Assembly (NCBI GenBank): GCA_964188305.1
Contig: OZ076887.1
Reading direction: 5' to 3' (one strand)
Length of the DNA: 64,000 bases
DNA from: Podarcis bocagei
Lineage: Eukaryota
The notes below the pieces were generated by a model. It did no database searches. It was not told where the DNA came from and was given only the letters and a program-made list of their open reading frames with translations. Each line of letters starts with the position of its first letter. Position 1 is the first letter of the stretch. Shown here piece after piece: positions 13,096 to 23,758 of the stretch. The position numbers and the translations under genes were made by a program.

Positions 13096-13859
13096 AAATT
13101 ATTCCCGTCAATTTTTCTTCTTTGCTCTGGAATACATTACTACAGCTATTGTCATGACCATAGTACTTGTAAGAGGTGGAATCAAATGACTGTATCAAAA
13201 AATTGGTTGTGTACAGTTGCCATGTTCTGAAGAGGACACATTTTCTGACTTCTACTTTTAACCATGGAGCACTATGACGACTCTACCCATGAAAAAGAGG
13301 ATGCGTCCTGGAAAAAGAGGACATAATGTCTGCCTGCTGCTTGCATGTCAGAGAGAGAAAGAGAGGTACGGTATGTCCTTGCTACAACCCCCACTTCATC
13401 TCAAGACCTATTTGTGATATGCACTGTATTTCTGGGTTCCTTTGCAGAGCGATTAAGGTCAGTTGCCTTTCTCTAATGCAAACTTTCCACAGTCGCCCTC
13501 TCAAATGTTTGGACAGGCCCTATGAAGGGCATTGCTGCATCAGCTCATTAAGTCTTTTGCTCACAAGAAGCTACGACAATGTGGTGCTCTAAGCAGCACA
13601 GCTGTCTACGATGGCCATATGTCCTACTTAACAGAAGACAGACCTCTGTTTGAAGAACTGCCAGGTCCAAGTCTAGTGGAAAGATAAGCAAGTAGAGCAG
13701 AAGCCTTGAAGTTGCCCATCAACACCAGACTGAGCAGGCGTACGCGGCTGAGTTTTTAAAGAGTCCACATGACATTATCCAAAATGTGTGTGTATCCTTT
13801 TGTTACAATATACCACTGTCCGATGCATTGTTTCTCAAACTAGCTTCACACAGACTGTA

Positions 13860-14085
13860 CAGTGGGACCTCGGGTTAAGTACTTAATTCGTTCCGGAGGT
13901 CCGTTCTTAACCTGAAACTGTTCTTAACCTGAAGCACCACTTTAGCTAATGGGGCCTCCTGCTGCCGCCGCGCCGCCGGAGCACGATTTCTGTTCCCATC
14001 CTGAAGCAAAGTTCTTCACCCGAGGTACTATTTCTGGGTTAGCAGAGTCTGTAACCTGAAGCGTATGTAACCTGAGGTACCACTG
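13860..14085. mobile_element. Tigger/pogo-like MITE (family A)
   Basis: TA|CAGTGG.ACCTC...GAGGTACCACTG|TA; four similar copies in the window. Confidence 0.88.
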
Positions 14086-15554
14086 TAGTTCCTAGTTTGT
14101 CCTTAGCCACATGGCCTTTGCATGGGGTTGAGATAATCCCTGTCAGGTCAACACCCTCTGCTGTGTGCACAAACCAAAATGAATTGAATCTGTGCAGATG
14201 TGAACAGCTGGAGGGAATAGAAATAACTCCATACAAAAACTTGTTCTTCCATACAAAAACATAATCTCACCTTGGGAAACTACCTCTGAAAGAGACAGGT
14301 TCTAGCCCTTCCCTCTCCTTGGCATATGCTTGTTGTCTATGCGTAAAGGATTAATTTCTTATATTTCTGTGGAGGAGCACTAACTCCTGTGAGCCTCCAT
14401 CTTCAGTCCAAAGATGCTATGACCCAGACACAGGTCGATCACCTCCCTGCATATACAGGATGTTGGAAGATAGCGGTGCTACCTCAAACAATGAGAAATA
14501 ACACAAGGGGTGCTGGTGATGCCATATTTGGTTGGCCTTGGGATGAGTGTGAGGTTCATGTGTTTTTGTTAAACATCTGGTTTAGCTCCCTCAAATTTTG
14601 TTGGATACTTTTTGCATTAATTTTAAATTGGAACTCACTGGAGACAGGGCAGGCTAGAAAGACAATGAAATGAAGAGAGCAAAACCAGCAGTGGGGGCAG
14701 GCAGAGTCCCTCACTTGTTACCAAAAGCAAAAAATTTGATCCTTCCCAGCAGCTTTAAAAGGCCTGGAGGACATGTCTGTTCGGAGCTGCTCCTTCTCTA
14801 CATGAAAGGGTCCCTTGCCTGATATCCTGCCAGCACAAAATGCTTTCTTCAGCTAGTCGCCTTCTCAACATGACCAAAACGTTTCAGCTTGCTTCCCTGG
14901 ATCAGCCAGAATCGCATTCTTTATAGTTCCCAGTTGTCTTAACACCCACTCGCTAGTCCTTCCAGTGCACGAACCGCAGCATGGCAATGTAAAATGTGAT
15001 CTTGCTCTGCCCCTTGCTTTCGCAACTCTAGCTCTGTACTAGGGCCAAGCCAGAAAAGGGGGGGGGGGAGATGAAAATGCTTGAGGCTGGAGTTCTCCTT
15101 TATTTCCACCCACTGACATTAGCAAGAACGGCTGCATGTATGAAACATCTAACCGCAGGACGTCTGGCAGTCCAGCGCTCAATTTTCATGCTACTATATT
15201 TGTTGCTGAGAATGCCCCTACAAATCACCTCCCCTCAAGAGAGCTGCGGTGAGGGAAGGATTTGTGGTCTCATGCATCAGATACAGGTACCCCAAGCCGC
15301 CCTCTGATTCTCAGCATGCCCACAAGATGATTCTTGGTTTTGGGAATGTGTAGGAGTAGGAAGGGAGATGCTGTGACTAGCCCTTGCAACAGGGATGGGG
15401 AACTTGTGGCTCTCCAGATGTTGCTGGCCTCCGTTGATCACCCATGGCCATTGGCTATGCTGACTGGGGCTGATGGGAGTTGGAGTCCCAAAACGTTTGG
15501 AAGACTGCACATTTTCAACTCCTGCTGTATACCCTGCTCATTGCATACAGATAG

Positions 15555-15852
15555 TGTTATGTACTGAGTTGAATAGGATCCAAAATGCTGCAGTCTGATT
15601 GGTCCTAGAACAATAGGATTCAGAATGCAGCAGTCTGATTGGTCTGCAGGAGCCACCCAATCCAGCTCCAAATGGAAGTGAATCCACAACCTGATTGGCC
15701 TACAGGAGAATTCCGGAATTAGCCAATCATGTGCAGCCCATTGTGTAAATAATGTATATAAAGCAGATACTTTGGCGGAACTTTCATTCCTCCTCACCAC
15801 TATGAGCTGAATAAAGTTCATGAAATCCACTCTCGACTCTGAGTATATTTCA
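15555..15852 (+). mobile_element. Solo LTR, same family, copy 2
   Basis: TGTTATG...ATTTCA; flanks GATAG/GATAA; TATATAAA 15755-15762, AATAAA 15810-15815; reverse complement of copy 1. Confidence 0.88.
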
Positions 15853-16079
15853 GATAACATATGAAATGGATATACCAGCACAATTCCTGAAGGAAAAGCA
15901 AAAATCAATGGAGGGCTTGGGGGCATTCTGCCTTCTACAGTACAATAGTTTGGGGGCAAAGTTTTGGGGGACTATTATATTATTCTCCTGGCTCAGTCAA
16001 AGCACAAGAGGGAAGAGGCCAAAGACGCAGCTCATATCTTTCCTGATAATGGATGGTACTTAGTAGACTAACTTCTGTA

Positions 16080-16310
16080 CAGTAGTACCTCGGGTTAAGA
16101 ACTTAATTCATTCTGGAGGTCCGTTCTTAACCTGAAACTGTTCTTAACCTGAGGTACCATTTTAGATAATGGGGCCTCCCGCTGCCGCTGCATGATTTCT
16201 GTTCTCATCCTGAAGCAAAGTTCTTAACCCAAGGTACTATTTCTGGGTTAGCGGAGTCTGTAACCTGAAGCGTCTGTAACCTGAAGTGTCTGTAACCTGA
16301 GGTACCACAG
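16080..16310. mobile_element. Tigger/pogo-like MITE (family A)
   Basis: Same TIRs and interior as the 13860 copy; TA flanks. Confidence 0.87.
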
Positions 16311-16404
16311 TAGGGAAATCGACCTCACATGGGGCCCACCTATGTGATGCCCCTGCACAGATCACTTTGCCAGATTCCCATCCCCTTTTGTGCCTGTAGT
16401 CTAT

Positions 16405-16619
16405 TTATTTATTTGCATTTATATCCTGCCTCTTTCTCGAAGGAGCTCAAGATGGCCTGCCTGGTTCTCTAGCTCTTCATTTCTTCCCCAAAATGACCCT
16501 GTGAGGTAGGTCAGGCTGAGAAGCCCAGGGTCACCCATTGAGCTTCATAGCCAAGTAGGGATTTGAACCCTGTTCTCCCAAGTCCTAGTCCAACACTCTA
16601 ATCACTGCACCACACTGGG
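16405..16619 (-). mobile_element. MIR/CORE-like tRNA-derived SINE
   Basis: Antisense A/B boxes (GGATTTGAACCC...ACTCTAATCACTGCACCACACTGG), CCCTGTGAGGTAGG core, AT-rich tail. Confidence 0.65.
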
Positions 16620-17980
16620 TCTCTGTACAGATGCCATTGGCTGCACATACATCAGGGCAACAGCATTCACTGAATGAATGTACGGTTTTTCTGAAGAGGC
16701 CCATAGTATTCATTCTCTTGTCACAGCATGAAAAGCAGCTTGGAAAGAACCAAGAGGATTCAGAGATACATGACCCAGTACCCCAGCTGTGCAAATTATT
16801 AAGAAATCTTAATTATATTCCATCAACAAAGCGACAACTACATGTATGGTTGGTATCTGTCCATTGACAAATTTCTCCTACGGTCTTGTGGCTTCATAGG
16901 GAAACATCAACATACAAGAGTTTACTAGGACAAAAGGTTTAAGTTCAACTTACCATATTATCAAATCTTTTGAAAACCATTTGGCTGTTATAGTAGGGAT
17001 TCTGATTACAATCACAGTTATATAACAAGTATTAAATAATAATAATTAAATGAAGTGTGAACATTTAAAGTGAACATAAAACACAATTATTGTAATTTAA
17101 AGTAAAACTATAATATAACTAAAGATAAAATTCAAGTTGACAGGTACTGTAACATTTTCAGCTGCTCGTTTTCTTGTTTTGTTTTTTAAAGAAAAAATCT
17201 TCAATAGCACTGTTTATTTAAACTATGTGTCAGCATGGCTTAGCTATGTTATTTTTGGAGGCTACAGGAATATGAAAGGGAATAAAAACCAACTGTCGCT
17301 GTTGATTGGAAATAATAAATTTAATTCTGGAGGGCAGAAATAATAAAAAACATGCATGCCTGTTTATCTCTGCTCGTCTGATCTTTTTCTTTGTGTTATT
17401 AAATAAATCAAAACCTCTTGTGGTTCCAACCTGTAACATAAGATCTTTAAGTGCCTGACTTACACATTCAGCAATCACCACTATGGCTGCCAACCTTGGA
17501 AATGGCTTGATACTAATTCACCTTTTAAATGTGTGCACGCACAGGGTTACTTTTTACTGAGCTTTAAACAAATTCATTAATAGAGTTATGTAGCCACTAC
17601 TTTTCTCTGTTTCCTGACTTAACAATGAAACAAGAATCTGCCTCTTTATGGTTGGGGATGAAGGTCTGTGTGGGGGTACATGTTCAATAAAATGTTACCT
17701 ACCATGCTGAATCTTTGCTGACCTGATGGCCACAATTCTCATCTAAGTCTTGTGTGTGTGCGTTTCTTTGTGGCTGATTAGCTGCTCTCCCTGTGCAAAG
17801 GTCAGAGGGGGCAGGGTTTCTGTTGAGGCAGGTGATTAGCTGTGGGAGGAGCTTATCAGAGCTTGCAGGGCAGTGGCGCACGCCTAGTGGTGCGCGCAGT
17901 TCGATCCATCTTTTAGATTTAGGGGAGCTAGTCTCAAACGTTTGTTGGGGGAGACCTAGGTTTATTTGTGGGGGGAGTTA

Positions 17981-18149
17981 CCGTATTTTTTGCACCATAA
18001 CACTCACTTTTTTCCTCCTAAAAAGTAAGGGGAAATGTCTGTGCGTGTTATGGAGGGAATGCCTACGGGTGGCATGCCTACGGATTTTCCTCCTCTAGAA
18101 ACTACGTGCGTGTTATGGTCGGGTGCGTGTTATAGAGCGAAAAATACGG
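17981..18149. mobile_element. Tc1/mariner-type MITE nested in the CR1 5' UTR
   Basis: TA|CCGTATTTTT...AAAAATACGG|TA terminal inverted repeats with TA duplication. Confidence 0.85.
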
Positions 18150-18219
18150 TATTTGTCCTGTCTTCACGCTTTTTATGATGGAGGACCGATGTAGCCACCC
18201 CCAATGACACATTCTCAAG

Positions 18220-19248
18220 ATAGAGGGGAAGGAAACAGCTGCAGTCGCCTGCGGTTCCTGCGCAATGTTTGCCATCTTGCCAAAGGTTGCAGGCAGCTTT
18301 ACCTGCAGCAATTGCATATTGATTGCCCTCTTAAAAAACAAAGTCCAGCAACTGGAGGAACGTGTAGCTACACTCCAAAGAATTAGAGAGCTAGAGCTCT
18401 TCTTGGAAGCAACAGAGCACACAGTCTCCACCAAGGAGGAGACAGGGGACTCCCCTGAGAAGGAGGCTAGTTCACCAACACAGGAGCCAGATATATGGAG
18501 AAACGTGACTCAAAGAAGTAGGAGGCCCAGGGTTCGCTCTGATTGTTTAGAAATACACAATCGCTTTGAGGTCCTCTCCCCTAGCATGGAAGACGAAGAG
18601 CAGACTCCATTTGAGGATCTCTCCCTCATTACAGTCGATCAGGTATGTGAAGACGAGCAGCAAAGTCAGTCCTCAGGGAATGTGTAGGCGACCTTGGAAC
18701 GGACAGCTCACGGAAGAACCCCGACCAAACCTAAAAGGAGGCGTGTAGTGGTGATAGGGGATTCCCTACTGAGGGGAACAGAAGCAGTGATCTGTGGGCC
18801 TGACAAGATGTCTCGGGAAGTGTGCTGTCTCCCTGGGACTAAGATCCAAGATGTAACTGAACGACTGCAAGGAATCATAAAACCCACTGACAAATACCCC
18901 CTCCTCTTGGTTCATGTGGGAACCAATGACACTGCAAGCAATAGCCTCCAGAAGATCAAAAGGGACTACGAGGCTCTGGGCAGGAAATTGAAGCAATTAA
19001 ATGCACAAATTGTCATCTCATCTGTCCCCCCAGTTGAACGACGTGGCCCAGGGAGAGAGGGAAAAATTGTGGAAGTGAGCAGCTGGCTTCACAAATGGTG
19101 TAAACAGGAACGGTTTGGATTCTTAGATCACGGACTGCAGTTTCTTGAAGATGGACTTCTGGCAAGCGATGGGCTGCACCTCACAACGGTTGGGAGAAAT
19201 GTTTTTGCCAAAAATCTCAGAAACCTCATCAGGAGGGCTTTAAACTGA
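18220..19248 (+). pseudogene. CR1 ORF1 (CxxC..CxxC zinc motif, coiled coil, SGNH esterase), interrupted by TAG at 18685
   Basis: CGSC/CSNC, VIGDSLLR, HVGTND and DGLHL motifs; ORFs 18265-18687 and 18694-19248 share a frame; the start codon may be mutated to ATA at 18220. Confidence 0.88.
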
Positions 19249-19253
19249 CTAAT

Positions 19254-22174
19254 GTGGGGGAGGGAGACAGTGCTCCTGAAGGTAGGAGTCTATCAATTGA
19301 TGAAGATGATCATCCAAATATCATAGACCAAATGGAGCAAACAGCACGCAGACCTAGTGGTGGGAGGAAAAAATCCTTAAATAAGAGACACGGGGGAATG
19401 ATTAATGGACTTCAATGTCTGTACACTAATGCGCAAAGCATGGGAAATAAACAAGGTGAGCTTGAGCTCTTGGTACAGCAAACTAAATATGACATAATAG
19501 GCATCACTGAAACCTGGTGGGATAAGTCCCACGATTGGAATGTAATAATGGAGGGATACAATCTATTTCAGAGAAACAGACCAGACAAGAAAGGAGGAGG
19601 AGTGGCGTTGTATGTCAGGGATGTGTATACCTGTGAAGAGATCCAAGATTTAGAACCTCAAAGCCAAAGTGAGAGCATTTGGGTCAAAATTAAGGGAGAG
19701 AAGAATAACAGTGACCTCATTGTGGGAGTTTACTATAGATCCCCAAGCCAAATGGAGGACATAGATGATGCCTTCCTGGAACAGATGGCCAAGCATGCAA
19801 AAGGAAGGGAGATAGTAGTAATGGGGGACTTCAATTACCCGGATATTTGTTGGATGTCAAACTCAGCCAAGAGCATAAGGTCAAACAGATTCCTCACTGG
19901 CCTTGCAGACAACTTCATTGTCCAGAAAGTGGGAGAAGCAACAAGAGGAACAGCCATTTTAGATCTGGTCCTAACCAATGTTGATGACCTGGTTAGTGGG
20001 GTAGAAGTGGAAGGATCATTAGGCGTGAGTGATCATGCTCTTCTGAAGTTTACTATACAGCGGAAAGGAGCAGCCAAGCATACTAGGACTCAATTTCTTG
20101 ACTTTAAGAAAGCCGACTTCATAAAACTTAGGGAAGTGCTGGGTGAGATCCCATGGACAGTAATACTAAAAGGAAAGGGAGTTCATGATGGCTGGGAGTT
20201 TGTTAAGAGGGAGATAGTAAAAGCACAACTTCAGGCAATACCAATGAGACGGAAACATGGAAGGTGCCTAAAGAAGCCAGGGTGGCTATCTAAAGAACTT
20301 TTAACTGAGTTAAGATTAAAAAAGGATGTGTACAAAAAATGGAAAAGGGGGGAAACCACCAAAGAGGAATTCAAACAAATAGCCAGCACATGTAGACACA
20401 AAGTCAGAAAAGCTAAAGCACAGAATGAACTCAGGCTTGCTAGAGAGGTTAAAAGCAACAAAAAAGGCTTTTATGGGTATGTCTGTAGCAAAAGGAAGAA
20501 CAAAGAAACAGTGGGGTCACTCAGAGGAGAAGATGGTGAAATGCAAACAGGGGACACAGAAAGGGCTGAACTCCTCAATGCCTTCTTTGCCTCAGTCTTC
20601 TCCGATAAAGAAAACAATGCCCGACTTGAAGAATTTGGAGCAAATGATTCAGCAGAGGAAACACAGCCCAGAATAACTAAGGAGACAGTACAAGTATACT
20701 TGGCTAGTTTAGATGTATTCAAGTCTCCAGGGCCAGATGAACTGCATCCAAGAGTATTAAAAGAACTGGCAGATGTGATCTCAGAACCACTGGCAGTCAT
20801 CTTTGAGAATTCCTGGAGAACAGGCGAAGTCCCGGCAGACTGGAGGAGGGCAAATGTTGTCCCTATTCAAAAAGGGGGAAAGAGAGGACCCAAATAATTA
20901 CCGCCCAGTCAGTCTGACATCAATACCAGGGAAGATTCTGGAGCAGATCATTAAGCAAACAGTCTGTGAGCACCTAGAAAGGAATGCTGTGATCACCAAT
21001 AGTCAGCATGGATTTCTGAAAAATAAGTCATGTCAGACTTACCTGATCTCGTTTTTTTGCCAGAATTACAAGCCTGGTAGATGAAGGGAACGCAGTGGAT
21101 GTAGCCTACCTTGATTTCAGCAAGGCATTCGACAAGGTGCCCCATGATATTCTTGTAAAGAAGCTGGTAAAATGCGGTCTTGACTATGCTACCACTCAGT
21201 GGATTTGTAACTGGCTGACTGACCGAACCCAAAGGGTGCTCATCAATGGTTCCTCTTCATCCTGGAGAAGAGTGACTAGTGGGGTGCCACAGGGTTCTGT
21301 CTTGGGCCCGGTCTTATTCAACATCTTTATCAACGACTTGGATGATGGACTCAAGGGCATCCTGATCAAATTTGCAGATGACACCAAACTGGGAGGGGTG
21401 GCTAACACCCCAGAGGACAGGATCACACTTCAAAACGACCTTGACAGATTAGAGAACTGGGCAAAAACAAACAAGATGAATTTTAACAGGGAGAAATGTA
21501 AAGTATTGCACTTGGGCAAAAAAAATGAGAGGCACAAATACAAGATGGGTGACACCTGGCTTGAGAGCAGTACATGTGAAAAGGATCTAGGAGTCTTGGT
21601 TGACCACAAACTTGACATGAGCCAACAGTGTGACGCGGCAGCTAAAAAAGCCAATGCAATTCTAGGCTGCATCAATAGGAGTATAGCATCTATATCAAGG
21701 GAAGTAATAGTGCCACTGTATTCTGCTTTGGTCAGACCTCACCTGGAGTACCGTGTCCAGTTCTGGGCACCACAGTTCAAGAAGGACACTGACAAACTGG
21801 AACGTGTCCAGAGGAGGGCAACCAAAATGGTCAAAGGCCTGGAAACGATGCCTTATGAGGAACGGCTAAGGGAGCTGGGCATGTTTAGCCTGGAGAAGAG
21901 GAGGTTAAGGGGTGATATGATAGCCATGTTCAAATATATAAAAGGATGTCACATAGAGGAGGGAGAAAGGTTGTTTTCTGCTGCTCCAGAGAAGCGGACA
22001 CGGAGCAATGGATCCAAACTACAAGAAAGAAGATTCCACCTAAACATTAGGAAGAACTTCCTGACAGTAAGAGCTGTTCGACAGTGGAATTTGCTGCCAA
22101 GGAGTGTGGTGGAGTCTCCTTCTTTGGAGGTCTTTAAGCAGAGGCTTGACAACCATATGTCAGGAGTGCTCTGA
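19254..22174 (+). pseudogene. CR1 ORF2 (APE endonuclease + reverse transcriptase) with two frameshifts (~20866, ~21058)
   Basis: [26 protein letters not shown] and KFADD motifs across ORFs 19254-20897, 20803-21084 and 21095-22174. Confidence 0.95.
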
Positions 22175-23155
22175 TGGTGTTTCCTGCTTGGCAGGGGGTT
22201 GGACTCGATGGCCCTTGTGGTCTCTTCCAACTCTATGATTCTAAGTCAGGGTTGATAGGACTTTGAGGCTGTAAACATAGCTCCTGAAGAATAACAAGGA
22301 ATCTGAAGAACAGCAGATCTCCCATCTATGGAAGACAACAGTTCCCGAGCCCAAATGGCCTAAGAACCACTTTCCTTCTCACCTGCTACTTGGTCTCCTT
22401 GCACTTAATCAGACCTCCTTGGATGCTGTTTGATGTGTTACATCACAATGGGTGTATCCATACTGCAAACTTACATCACAATGGATGTATTCATACTGCA
22501 AACTGACATTAAATCATTGTGATGTAAGACACATGTGATATGCTGAGATATCTTTAGAGAGCATTAAACCCAACAAGATCCCTTGCTTTGGGCCTCTGGG
22601 GAGAGGGGAGGAAGAGACTGTCATGTAGATACAACCCAAGAATCTATTCAGTTGGCTACATGTGAGCAAACACAGAACTTATAAACAAATACAAGCTGTC
22701 CATATAAAGTGAGGATAGAATAAGCACGCACAGAGAATGAAAGTTGGCTGAATTTTGGAATAATTTAAAATAATACCAAAAAACCCCCACATCCACATAC
22801 CTAGGGGAATTAATTAACAGGCCCAGTACACAGAGAAACAGAAGTAGAGAGAGAGGTAGCACGTCATCCTTCTCCCAAACTTTATTTCCCCTGTGACAGT
22901 TCAAACCACAACTGGCAACTTTTGATTTTCTGTTGGACTAAGCATATGCATACCACACTAACAATAACAGGGCAATTTTAAAACCAATTTGCTGCTTCTT
23001 TGTGGTAGACAGTTCTCTTCCAAATCTATCTAATTTATTTACTACAGGGATGAAGATGCTCTTTAAAGTGGGTGAACCAAATTTGAACAGCCCCCCCCAA
23101 TAATGTTGATACGAGGATCCTTAACCTCAGTGAAGTGAACCCCAAACCCAACATA

Positions 23156-23513
23156 GTAAAGGCAAAGGACCCCTGACAGTTAAGTTCAGTCGCGAACGAC
23201 TCTGGAGTTGCGGCGCTCATCTCGCTTTACTGGCCGAGGGAGCCAACGCTTGTCCCCAGTTTTTCCGGGTCATGTGGCCAGCATGACTAAGCTGCTTCTG
23301 GCGAAACCAGAGCAGCACACGGGAACACCGTTTACCTTCCCGCCGGAGTGGTACCTATTTATCTACTTGCACTTCATGCTTTTGAACTGCTAGGTTGGCA
23401 GGAGCTGGGACTGAGCAACAGAAGCTCACCCCATCGTGGGGATTTAAACCGCCGACCTTCTGATCAGCAAGCCCTAGGCTCAGTGGTTTAGACCACAGCG
23501 CCACCCATGTCCC
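23156..23513 (-). mobile_element. Full-length Sauria SINE
   Basis: 14-bp TSD CCAAACCCAACATA (23142-23155, 23514-23527); GGGAC head, ACCTTT-like tail; homologous to the 58589 copy. Confidence 0.88.
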
Positions 23514-23709
23514 CCAAACCCAACATACCTGCCTTCAATTTGAAGGAATCAAATCCCCAAATACACACAAAAACAATAACCAGTCCAAAATAAGCTGCTC
23601 ACAAGTCCTCCAGCTCTAGAGATGAGCAAAACTGCTGTAGACTGCCTCTTGCAGTGATTTGACACCAGGTTATAAACTTTTACTAATTTCTCCTGATCTC
23701 CTTTAAAGT

Positions 23710-23758
23710 TTGTTGTTGTTTAGTCGTTTAGTTGTGTCCGACTCTTCATGACCCCATG
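23710..23758 (-). mobile_element. Short RTE/BovB-like 3' end
   Basis: (TTG)n followed by TAGTCGTTTAGTTGTGTCCGACTCTTCATGACCCCATG. Confidence 0.6.

Larger units (their letters stand above)
17750..22242 (+). mobile_element. Full-length CR1 LINE (5' UTR, ORF1, ORF2, 3' ATTCT tail)
   Basis: TCTAAGTC at 17742-17749 and 22240-22247 (TSD overlapping the tail); CR1-type 3' end ...TTCCAACTCTATGATTCT; two ORFs. Confidence 0.93.

Noticed and set aside
12757-15852. Single composite transposon or full LTR element bounded by the two LTRs
   Set aside because: LTRs are inverted, each has its own flank duplication, and there is no gag/pol or PBS between them
12822-15959. Duplicated peptide LYTLFTQWA..DWLIPEFSCRPIRLW (ORFs 12822-13157 and 15438-15959)
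   Set aside because: Translation of the antisense strand of two non-coding LTR copies
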